From assembly GCF_018977255.1 (NCBI RefSeq), contig NW_024704742.1:127846001-127906000 (forward strand): a stretch of 60,000 nucleotides of DNA. The letters run 5' to 3'. Shown piece after piece: positions 40,810-51,670 of the stretch. The notes beneath the pieces are model-generated. The model was not told where the DNA came from. It saw only the letters and a program-made list of their open reading frames with translations, and searched no databases. This DNA is from Callorhinchus milii. Lineage: Eukaryota. The position numbers and the translations under genes were made by a program. Each line of letters starts with the position of its first letter. The stretch's first letter is position 1.

Positions 40810-41320
40810 ACAGCCTGGCTCAGTTAGTAGTACTCTCGTTTCTGAGTCAGGAAGTTACACGTTCAAGTTTGAAGTCTGAACTTTGAGCTCATAGTCAAGG
40901 TCAATACTCCAATTCCTGTCTTTCAGTGATTCCGTCCTTTGGATGAAAGATTAAACCAAGGTCCTCTCTGCCTACAACAAAAACAGAATTCGCTGGGAAC
41001 ACTCAGCAGGTCAGGCAACATCTATGGAGAAAGGAAAGTGAGTCAACGTTTCACAACCCTTCGTCAGAACTCAAATCTGCCTGTTGGGGTAGATGTTAAA
41101 GATCTCATGAGACTGTTCAGAAAAGAGAAGAGAGTTTGTCCCAGTGTCCTGGCCGACAATCCTCCAGATAAATAAATTGAAGGTTTTAGTTTTTGGCCGT
41201 TTGTCAGATGTTGCTGCGTAAAAACTGGCTACCACATTGACCTACAAATACAGTCACTACATTGTACAGAAAACTCTCTGAAGTGCTTTGAGATGTTTCA
41301 AAATGTTATGGTTGCATTTC
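40810..41320 (+). mobile_element. SINE family B interrupted by a 102-bp insertion
   Basis: Head CAGCCTGGCTCAGTTAGTAG; core resumes at 41076. Confidence 0.82.
40974..41075 (-). mobile_element. Penelope-like terminus fragment with minimal hammerhead ribozyme core; 7-bp TSD
   Basis: TCTGCCT at 40967-40973 and 41076-41082; minus strand GAGTT-CTGACGA-AGGGTTGT-GAAAC-GTT-GACTC. Confidence 0.7.
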
Positions 41321-42954
41321 AAAATCATGGGTCAATATTGATATTCTGGCACTGAAGATGTAATATAAAAGATGCAATGAAGCTTCATTGCATCTTTCCA
41401 TACACCACTGATCATTCTATTGTTGAACTCTCTGTAATTTGGCGCGGATTCCTTTTAAGCAGGGTTTCTGCGTGTCAGATACCCGGCTGACAATACAAAT
41501 TCCACTTTCCCGAATTAAAACATTTCCCTCCACCACGTTTCAAACCAAAGTGAGTGCCAGCGGGTGAGCGGGAACACCTCGACTCCAATCTGCGGCTTCT
41601 GGATTCGGGACGAGCAGCGCAACTAATCTCTCTCTGCCGGACCATTTCAAGAATGGCCAAGTACGCCTGCTATTCAGTCTGAAAACACAGAGTAGAAGTA
41701 TGATCCTGCAAATAATCCTGCACAGAAAAGGCAAGCTCAGTACGAGACATATAGCACTTAGCTTTTAGTGAAAATAAACGTTTCCATTACAAATCCTTAA
41801 GTGGGCAAACTTTGTACAAAGCACAAACAGCCTCTTGAACAATACTTCAATGGCTTAGATTTTCTTTCCCCCCCCCTCTGACCCCCACGCCACACCGAGT
41901 ATGAAAACTCTCACCAACTCATTGGCACTCCACAGTACTGGTGAATGACATGTTGGCAGGAAATCAGAGTTGTTCACACATTCACCTCTCTTTTGCTACA
42001 TGACAGGACTCTACCCTGCAACCATTTGTGTTGCCATGGAAACATTTGGTCTCCAGTGAATTAAATATTTGAAGGATGCTAAATAAGTCTGAGAAAATAT
42101 TCAGTGTTTTATTCAACCAATTCAGGAGCCTTTTACAGTTTTGAAAACAAGCTCCCTTTACTCAGTTCAAGCCCATCTTTGTGTTAATGTTGGCTTGGTT
42201 TTTTTTATTTCAAACAAACTCCTGGGGAAATAAATACAAAATATTGTTCAGCAAAACGTGTGGCTTTTCATTGCAAAGATACTGCGTGCCTCTGCCAATA
42301 ATTTAGTGGTTAACCTCTTTTTAATAAACTTTCTCTAATTTTGACCTACCAATTAATATGTTTTGAATTTGAAAAACAAACTAGCTCATGTTCATTTCAC
42401 TGACTTCTTCCTCCTCAATAATATAAACAGCCTGGCTCGCTTACGTCTCATCTCCATTCCCAATTTCATGTTGCAAATTTGAAAGGTCAATGTTTATAGC
42501 AGATGTATAATAATAATACTAATCAGTGCATTTTGTACAGTTCCTTACTGCATCGTCAAATCGACTCAAAAGTGCTTCACAAGATTTACTATGAAGTGTA
42601 GCATCCGTGAAATTTGTAGGTGAATGCAGCAGCCAATTTGAGCACAGCCACATCCCACAGCCATGATGTGAATGACCAATTTATTTGCTGTATTACGGCT
42701 TCACAAAATGCCTTGCAAATCACCAACAGGCTGAGCAAGTTAGTCTGAATGGGAGGACTTTTTACCATTAATTTTCTACTATATTTTATAAGAGAAAGCT
42801 TGTGTAAATCTGTCTTGCATCTGTAACAGTGAGTTATATGATTGCCTTGTGCTATTTTGAAATGTTGTAATGTTCCAAGTAGTACTGTTTGTGATAACTT
42901 TAGTTGGCAGCATCTCCCAATACCTGTAATACCATCTTATGGCCTCTTATTACT

Positions 42955-43160
42955 GGCAGCTTGGCTCAGTTGGTAATATTCTCGCCTCTGGGTCAGAACG
43001 TTGTGAGTTCAAAGCCCCATGTTGGAACTTTCACTCACAGTGCAGGCTGACACTGGGCAGAGCGTTGCATGGTTGGAGGTGCTGTGTTTCAGATGAGACG
43101 CTAAAGCCAAGGTCTGTTCTTGTTTGTTCAGAGGAAAGTTAAGAGTTTCTCCTGGTATCC
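42955..43160 (+). mobile_element. SINE family B, 5' half
   Basis: GGCTCAGTTGGTAAT...GAGTTCAAAGCCCC...GCTGACACT...CAGATGAGACG. Confidence 0.78.
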
Positions 43161-43428
43161 GAGCCACAGGGCCTTCATCATTCATACCGCTTGTGTGATC
43201 CCTAGTGAATACCATACCTTCCATCATCCTATTAAACCAAGGAGTTGCTTAAATAATTCCAGTGTCTTGGCTTCAAGTCCTGGTAAGCTTGTTCCATCTG
43301 ATGATTATACTCTATGTGAAGATATACCTCCTGGTGTCTGTCCCAAACTTCTCTTCAATTCCCTGAGCCTGTGCCCTTTTGCCTTGCTGCCTTAGCATAT
43401 CTGAAAGCATTCTTCTGGGTTTAACCTT

Positions 43429-43844
43429 CACATGAGGGAGAAGGGTATGTGAGGGAGTAAGGAATGGGTGAAGACTCGTGTGGAGTATTGACACCGACAT
43501 GGACTGGTTGGGCCCAGTGCCCTGTTTCCACTCTATACATTCTTTCTCTTTTTTGTTTAGCATCATATGTGGAAGCTTAAAGGTGGCAATTAAATTCAAA
43601 TAACCACACTTTTATCCATGAAAAACATCTGAGCCACATGAGGGAGAGGGTATGTGAGGGAGTAAGGAATGGGTGAAGACTCGTGTGGAGTATTGACACC
43701 GACATGGACTGGTTGGGCCCAGTGCCCTGTTTCCACTCTATACATTCTTTCTTTCTCTTTTTTGTTTAGCATCATATGTGGAAGCTTAAAGGTGGCGATT
43801 AAATTCAAATGACCACACTTTTATCCATGAAAAACATCTGAGCC
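43429..43844. repeat. Near-perfect tandem duplication (~206 bp x2) containing a CR1 3' end plus flank
   Basis: Units 43429-43634 and 43635-43843; 2 substitutions and 2 small indels. Confidence 0.95.
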
Positions 43845-44119
43845 CTGGGCAATGCTCCACACCATGTTCCTTTTAGTCAAATTGACTATTTTGACAAGAG
43901 CTCATAAAATAAGAACCGTTGATCTCAACACCCAACAAAAAAAACATTGAGTAAATGTTCAGTCACCAACCAGTTTCCTTACTTTAATGACTTTTCTTTA
44001 ATGAAGAGACAGTGAGAAAAATGGGTTTACTTTATGGCAATTCTATTTTTACAATAGAAACTTGGTAATGGAAGATTGGTTAGTTACTGATAATCTGACT
44101 CTGCATTCGTATTTTTGTG

Positions 44120-44555
44120 GTTAGATCCCATAGCACTATTCGAAAAGAGAAGGGAATTTCTTTTGGCTCTCAGCCAACAATATACCAGATAAAAATACTT
44201 GCATTTGGTATAACACCTCATTACATTATCGAAACATCTCAAAAGTGCTTCACTTAAGATAAACTGTAAAGTGATGTGGTAATGCATTTTGTGAAGGAAT
44301 ACAAAGCCAATTTGCACATTACAATGCCCCACAAACAAGGAGTGAATGACCAATCTCTTTTCAAACAGTGCCATGGGATCTTTGACACCCAGCTAGTCAG
44401 GCACGTGTAGGGACCTCAGACAATGTACCTGATCCCAGCACTGCATTGGAATGTCAGCATAGACTGTATGGGTTCCAACTCGTGATGTGGGGCTTGAACC
44501 CACATCCTTCTGATTCAGAGGCAAGAGCACGCCCAACTGAGCCAGGCTGACACCT
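44120..44555 (-). mobile_element. Family B SINE(s), including a reverse head at ~44485-44555
   Basis: GGGCTTGAACCCACATCCTTCTGATTCAGAGGCAAGAG...CCAACTGAGCCAGGCTGACAC. Confidence 0.78.
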
Positions 44556-46869
44556 GCCTGTGCTGTTCGTTTTTGTGGCTGTTTTGGGGATATTGCAGTG
44601 TGCAAATTGGCTGCTGCATTTGCCTACAAATACAAGATTACGACAATCTTGGTTGAAGATGTAAATTCCTGAAAGGCATTTCAACAATATGATGAGACAG
44701 GGTGTATTATTAGTCACCTCTCTCCTTCCTCACCCTCTCTGCTCTGTGTAGCCAGTAACTGCATATGTGGTGACTGGTTTGCCGCGATTCAATGCGTCTT
44801 GATCCGTTGCCATATATGCACTTAACGGCAAGTGTTGGAATCGCAACGAATCAGGGGAAATTAAGTTCTTCTGCGCATGCGTTGATGGATCAAGACGACA
44901 TTTCCCGCAATTCAATGCAGCTGGCCGGTAAGTGCGTATGTTTCGATGGGTCAGGGCATCATTTCCTGTGATTCAATGCAGCTTGTAAATATGGGAGTAA
45001 TGGAGGATAGCAGACCGGCTTCAACCAGTTAAGCGGGAATACGACTAGTGTTTAGAAAAGAAAGCTAAGTGTTTTTGATCGGAAACTGAATGGAACTCAG
45101 GTGAATCTACAGCTTAGGCGATTATACAATGTATACAGGTAAGACTTTTGCGAGTTTTACTAAATGAAGGGTTGAGCTTCGACAACTGAATGTCTTTTTT
45201 CCACCCCTGACCTCACTTATGTACTGTATTCTTTCTAAAAATAAAAAAGGTGCTGTAAATTCTTAATCTTAATTGCTGGAAATGTTGGGAAAGGATTTAA
45301 TTTGAACTGTAGTTCAGTACATGCAGGCCTTTCATTCGATTTCCTTCAAGTAGCGGTCAGCCTTTGCAGTAACTAAAGACAGTACTTATTGTCCATGCTC
45401 ATTTATGTGAAGGAGGTTATTATTGGAGAGATGCTACTTCTGCTTAATCACAAAAATCCTATTGCCTTTGATGCAGAGGTGTCATTGATATCAGCAGTAC
45501 CCTGAAGGTCTGCAAGCCAAACATCAGACGATGACTGGGAGTACTGATATTCTCCCTGCCATGACATCAAAAGGAGCCAATTAGCAGATACTGAGCATGG
45601 CTAATTTATTTTAATCAAAAACTTTCCCTTTGCTCCTCGAAAATCAACTGATAACTGAAGCCTGGAGCAGAGAGAGAGAAAGATCACGTGAGTCTGGATT
45701 CCACCTCACATCTGAGACGACATTAATTCTAAAAGAAAATTAGAGCCTTCAATGGAAAGAAAGCTGAGTGTTGGAACGAGTCCCCCTCACCATAAAAAGT
45801 CAATGAAGAGAAACATAAATAAGTGACCCATTGTGTGAAGCGCTGTGAGACACAAGTCTCCATATCAAACACAAGCATTTTTTAAAATTCCAGATCTTAT
45901 TACTCAATGTACATATTTTTCTTTGTCCACTAACTGTCCCCCATTACTGTGCATTGTCGGTGTGGTTGGTCTCGAGGGATTCCTCCTTCAGTTGAGGTTG
46001 TAAATTTTTTCCCACGATTGACGACCTAACCTGGTATAGCCATTGCCTCTCCATTCCTCTCTCTCTCTCGCTTTCCCCTCCCCTGTAGTGGAGCTTTCTG
46101 CTGTCCCAATGGTGCTCCAACCAAAGGTCCGACATAAATCTGCAGAAACTCAACAGAACGGAATGCCAGGTTACCCTCTGACCTGAGCCTCTGACCTCCA
46201 GACAGAGGAGTGAATGCTCTCACTGATAGGCTGCCATTCTCGCACAGCTCAATCTGCTCTTCACCAACACAAATGGGGGAAATACAGACTCATAAATACT
46301 GCCCCTGACATCAACAGAACATCAAAGGCGATTTTTATGCAATTGAATCATTTGGGGATTTTTTTTTAAATTGCGGAGAATGCAATTTGGGCTTTGAAGC
46401 TTTAGATCATGAACGTATCAGCATTCCAAATCCTGGAGACCCTGCGAAATCCACAGGCCTTTCAGCTCTGCACAGACTTCGAACCAAATCACAACATTTC
46501 AGTCGGCCGTGAGTCAAGTTGAGAATTAGTCAAATGTAAACATGCAACTTAAATTATCTCAGAATTTCCACTGGGTCCCAAATGAATTTGAATATCTTCA
46601 TCTACTTCGCCATCTCCCCCGGAATCCCTCTGACTTTCCCCTTCCTTCTCTGCTTTTAAATGACACATTTTTGAATGTGTTTTCAGCCACTACTTGTCCC
46701 TCTCCATCCCCCCTTCTTGCACATATACACACACACACACTATCTTCCCAGGCAGGCTTCGCTCAGTCTTTGTAAAACACCCAATGTGAAAAATGCTATA
46801 CAAGTGCAAATTGTTGAAATTGCTGTTGACTTGGAAAGCACTCTGGAGAATCCAATAGTTTAATATAAA

Positions 46870-47500
46870 TGATAAATAATACTTGCATTTAATGTTGCAC
46901 TTTATCACAATGAAATGTCTCAAAGTGGTTCACAGGTAATTGATGTCAAGTGTAATGACTGTTCTTGTTGGCAAACATAGGAACCATTTTGCACGCAGCA
47001 AGAGCTCACAAACAGCTAATGTTTCTGGAGGATTTCTGACCAGGACACCCGAAAGAAACCACTCTCTTTTTTAGAAAAGCATCACAAGACCATTAACATC
47101 CATCCAAAGAACAGGCGGATATGAATTTCATCTAATGTCTAAGCCAGTAGTGGCCAACCCATGGCCTGTGGGCCAACAGGTGTCAAGAAGTGGCCCACTG
47201 ATCATTTGCATGGTCTGGGTAAGTCTGTGTTAAATCAACCTTTTATTCCAGTAGCTACTGAATAGTGACATTTATGGCGTGGCCCTAAATCAAGAAATAT
47301 TCAATCAAGAAAAAAAAATTATTTGGTTGGCCACCACTGGTCTAATGTCTCACCTGAAAGCCTGGATGTCCGACAATGCAGCTCTCCCCAGTGCTAGACT
47401 ATCGTGTGTGCCTAGAATGTGAGTTCCAGTCCCCTCATGGGGCTTAAACCCTCAACCTTCTGACCCAGTGGCGAGAGAACAAACAACTGAACCAAGCTTA
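46870..47500 (-). mobile_element. SINE family B hosting a MITE
   Basis: Tail at 46870, reverse head at ~47440-47497. Confidence 0.72.
47145..47339. mobile_element. hAT/Charlie-type MITE, complete (195 bp)
   Basis: TIRs CAGTAGTGGCCAACC / GGTTGGCCACCACTG (14/15); flanks GTCTAAGC and GTCTAATG resemble an 8-bp TSD. Confidence 0.85.
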
Positions 47501-49183
47501 AAGTTCAACACATGCTGGCACCAATTGGTTAGAGGTAATGAGAAAGACTGATTTCATCTACAGCTATGTCTAACCCCACCATTTATTTGTGCTAAGGCAT
47601 CAAACTATGAGGACACCTCACATCAATGAGTTTGTACATGCAACAGAAATTTAACACATAAGAGGTTTCTTTTGTTATTTGTACAATCACTGAGAGAAAG
47701 CTGTGCTGCTGTGTCATACAAACTGAAACTATTTCTCAATCGCTGTTCTGTAGTCGATGTGACCTCTTCAAATTAAATATCCAGGCTTAACAATGCTCTA
47801 AAAATAACAGGAAGTACATTCCTCTCAAAAGCATGCGTAGCTCTTTGCTACTGTTCAATTAATCATTTTCCCAGGCCTGTACCACACAGCAGGCACTTGT
47901 GCACTTGCCTTGTAGGGCAAGTGCCAAATTAGCATAGTTTTCCTGGATCTCACTTCTGTCTGCCCGGGGCAAAGAGTTAACTGAACGGAGCCCTAATTTT
48001 TCACAATCTAGGTATTTTACAATGGCTCCTGCTCTCAGTAAAATAGCTAATGTAATCTGCCTCTCAGTTTGAAGCAAATGGAAAAGCCCAAACGTTACGG
48101 AGTATAAATAGCTTCAAACAGCTCTTTCAGGGCAAGGTCAAAGAAACGGTAACGTGCGCTACTAAATCATCCAGAAACTGTCATAGAAACAAATTGTTTA
48201 ACATAATCTTCAACTAGCCTTCAGGGCAATAGCAGTTGGATTTTGCACAATTCATGTTTTTTTCATACTGCTGGCTGGCTCCCTTCAGAGCTCGACAGCA
48301 CTCTCCTGGGCTTATTTTTCGCTAACGCTGCATTGTCCAACAACAGCTACATTTTAATAAAAGATTTTGTTGGGGGATGGGGATGGGGGAGTGGCACCAG
48401 CAGGTCTTTTTTTTTGGGCGATACTGCTTTAACTCATGCACTTCACTGAGTGCCCAATCTCTGCAACCTGCTGTGGGGAGGTGCCAAGCAGAGCAAGGAG
48501 GGGGATGGAGCAACCAGACACACTGTCCCACACACTCAGTTCAATGGCAGCACTGACAGAAGCTGCTTACTTGCCTGGCTGCCATCTTAACCGTACAAAA
48601 CATAGGAAAACAGGGATAGGCGGAGGCCATTCAGCTCATCGAGCCTTTTCCAACAATTTATTAGATTTTGGTAGATCTTTGGATTGCAATGCCCCACCTT
48701 TCACCACACTCCTTAATCTAATCCCCTTTTAAAGGGAAAATATAATTTTCCACACAGCATTATTATGGGAACTGAAAATGTGACTCAAAAATAGGGAGAA
48801 ATTCCCTTCTTGTGCTGAATAGTACAATTGGGATCTTTCATATCCACCTGAACCAGTGGATCAGATCTTCTCTGTAAGAAGCCACCTCTGACAATGCAGC
48901 CCTCCCTCAGTACTTCAACAGCGTCGACTACAACAAGTTGCTTTTATAACTATGAGCTTGAGTCCCACATGGATACCTTGTGCAAGTTACAAGAGGCCTG
49001 TGTTGAGACAACTCCTTCAGGCCAGACCAGGCAGAGAGAAGAAGGAAGGCAATTGGAGGGGAGGAGGTTAAAAGCTTGGGATCTTGAAACCAAATTATTT
49101 TACACAAGTTTGAATGATCCTGATCCTTTTAGAAAAAAGACATCAACAGAAGTTTAGAGTCTATTTCAATGTTAACCAAGATT

Positions 49184-49268
49184 AATAATAATCCTTGCAT
49201 TTGATATAGCGCTTTTCATGTCTTCTAGACATCCCAAAGCGCTTCACAGAATATACTGTAAAGTGAAT
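49184..49268 (-). mobile_element. SINE family A tail stub
   Basis: TAATAATAATCCTTGCATTTGATATAGCGCTTTTC...GTAAAGTGAAT. Confidence 0.88.
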
Positions 49269-49308
49269 CGATCATCCATACAGTTGACTACATCAACACC
49301 AGCTCCAT

Positions 49309-49630
49309 GTGGAGTCCTGTAGCTCAGTGGTTAGAGCACTCATTTCGCAAGTGAGACCTGGGTTCGATTCCAGGCAGGGCGAAATCTTGGGCTTGAGTAA
49401 CTTGAGTAAGTTTCCTTACTCCACACGCCTGATAATAATCCCTCAAAAAAATAATAAATTGGTCACTTCAATCCACGACTGTTTGTGAGACACTGCTGTG
49501 TGCAATTGACTGCTGCATTTCGCCGGCAAAAAAAAGTCAATTCACTTTACAGTATATTCTGCAAAGCGCTTAGAGACATCTAAAAGACGTGAAAAGCGCT
49601 ATATCAAATACAAGGATTATTATTATTATT
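49309..49630 (+). mobile_element. SINE family A, short form
   Basis: Full head, body and (ATT)n tail. Confidence 0.94.
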
Positions 49631-49928
49631 TCAAGTAAATTGACTTAAGCCTTTTTAAGTAATATTTCAGATTGCCGTCATTCCCTGCTGGAGACTCACT
49701 GCGGCATTTGTCTCCCAGGGGGATTACAAGAAAATCCTTTAACCCAATGTTATGCTTACCTCACAACAGACTCCTGTTCTGTGAGCCACTTCAGGTTTAC
49801 TGCCTGTGGGCAACATCCAACCAGCTCTACCAACATCCGCCAACAAATGCAACGGAACAAATAGCAGCCGTTGCCACACATCTTTTGATTTTTTTAAAAC
49901 TCATCAGGACCTTGAAGTCATATAATCC

Positions 49929-50100
49929 AGGCTGACACTCCCATACAGTGCTGGGGGTGCGCTGCATTGTCGGAGGTGCCGTCCTTCAGATGAGGTGTCA
50001 AACCGAGGTTCTGCCCGCCCATTCAGGTGGATGTTAAAGATCCCACGGCACGTAAAGAGAACAGAGTTTCTCCCAGTACGCTGGCCAACATTCCCCCAAA
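49929..50100 (+). mobile_element. SINE family B core
   Basis: GCTGCATTGTCGGAGGTGCCGTCCTTCAGATGAGGTGTCAAACCGAGG...GGATGTTAAAGATCCCA. Confidence 0.8.
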
Positions 50101-50841
50101 TGAAATGGCACAGCAATTTGACCTGAATTAGGCCTAGAGAGGGAGATGAGCATAAGCCAGGCTAGGATTCCCTACTTCAGGACTCTCCTATTGAGAAAAG
50201 GAATTGATGCTGCATTGATGAACTCCTTCGAAAACGATAAAAGATATTATCGACTAGCAAGCTTCAGTCTCTCCGGTGCAGCTTCTCGTTCCTTTGTTTC
50301 GCCCATACAATATACAGTCAATTCACTTTACAACGTATTCTTTGAAGCATTTTAAGACATCTCAACAACATGATCTTGTTGAGATGTCTCAAATTCAAGA
50401 TTTATTATTATTATTCTGCAGAATCATGGAGTTTTACAGTACAGGAGGCTACTCGGCCTATTTCATTCCAACAAGAGATGAAGATGGCCATGGAAACAGG
50501 GGAGGCCTTTCAGCTCCATCAAGCCTGTTTTGCTGACAGGGCAAATCTTCTGATCCCATCTCCCAGTGTTAACCCTATATTAGTATGCTCTAACTGGCTA
50601 AGTTTAAAAACTGGCTCTGTGGGAGTATTTAGCAGCCAGAGTTACTGATTTATGGGCCTTTCGTGCTCCCAGTGAAAGGCTGTGCAGCATTAGGTTTCAT
50701 TCCGACTACAATAAAAGACATTTCACATTGAGAAGTCAGGAAAGATAAAACAGTAAACTGACCAACTCTCCAGAGAGAATGTCACATGTACAGGGCGTTC
50801 ACAAAGTCCTGTTACCCCCATTTTGTTTCTAGAGTGCACTA

Positions 50842-51146
50842 GTGGAGTCCTGTAGCTCAGTGGTTAGAGCATTTGCAAGCGAGAGACCTGAGTTCAATTC
50901 CAGGCAGGGCGAAACCTTGGGCAAGTTTCCTTACTCCACACGCCTAATAATCCTCCAAAAAAACCAATAATAAATTGGACATTTTCAATCTACGACTGTT
51001 TGTGGGACATTGCTGTGCGCAACTGACTGCCGCATTCGCCCACAAATATACAGTCAATTCACTTTACAGTATGTTCTGTGAGGCGCTTTGGGACGTCCTC
51101 CCGACGTGAAAAGCGCTATATCAAATGCAAGGATTATTATTATTAT
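50842..51146 (+). mobile_element. SINE family A, short form, young
   Basis: Head with small deletion; tail loop GACGTCCTCCCGACGT. Confidence 0.94.
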
Positions 51147-51394
51147 AACCAACAACTGAACCAAGTGGAAGAATGATAATTGTATTTAAAAGTTTTTAAT
51201 TGTAATCAGTACAAGTGTTTAAGTCTATTTAGATGCCCAGAAGATCAGTGTGAGCGCAATCAGTTTCATGACAGATAATGATCTGTCACCATGTTCGGTA
51301 TGACATCTTCTATAACATGATGGAGTGACAAGACGAAATGCATCCCTGACAGCTTGTTTCAGCTTCTCTGCAGTCTCATATTGCTGTTTTGTAA

Positions 51395-51670
<276 letters not shown>

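Noticed and set aside
43312..43808. Two similar ORFs (MNLIATFKLPH...) as paralogous genes
   Set aside because: By-product of the tandem duplication, antisense to a CR1 end.
45160..45230. Second hammerhead/PLE terminus (AATGAAGGGTTGAGCTTCGACAAC...)
   Set aside because: Only a vague resemblance; both core motifs are broken.
49761..49882. Minus-strand exon MCGNGCYLF... ending AG/GTAAGC
   Set aside because: Good donor but no recognisable peptide, and it lies between SINEs; insufficient support.
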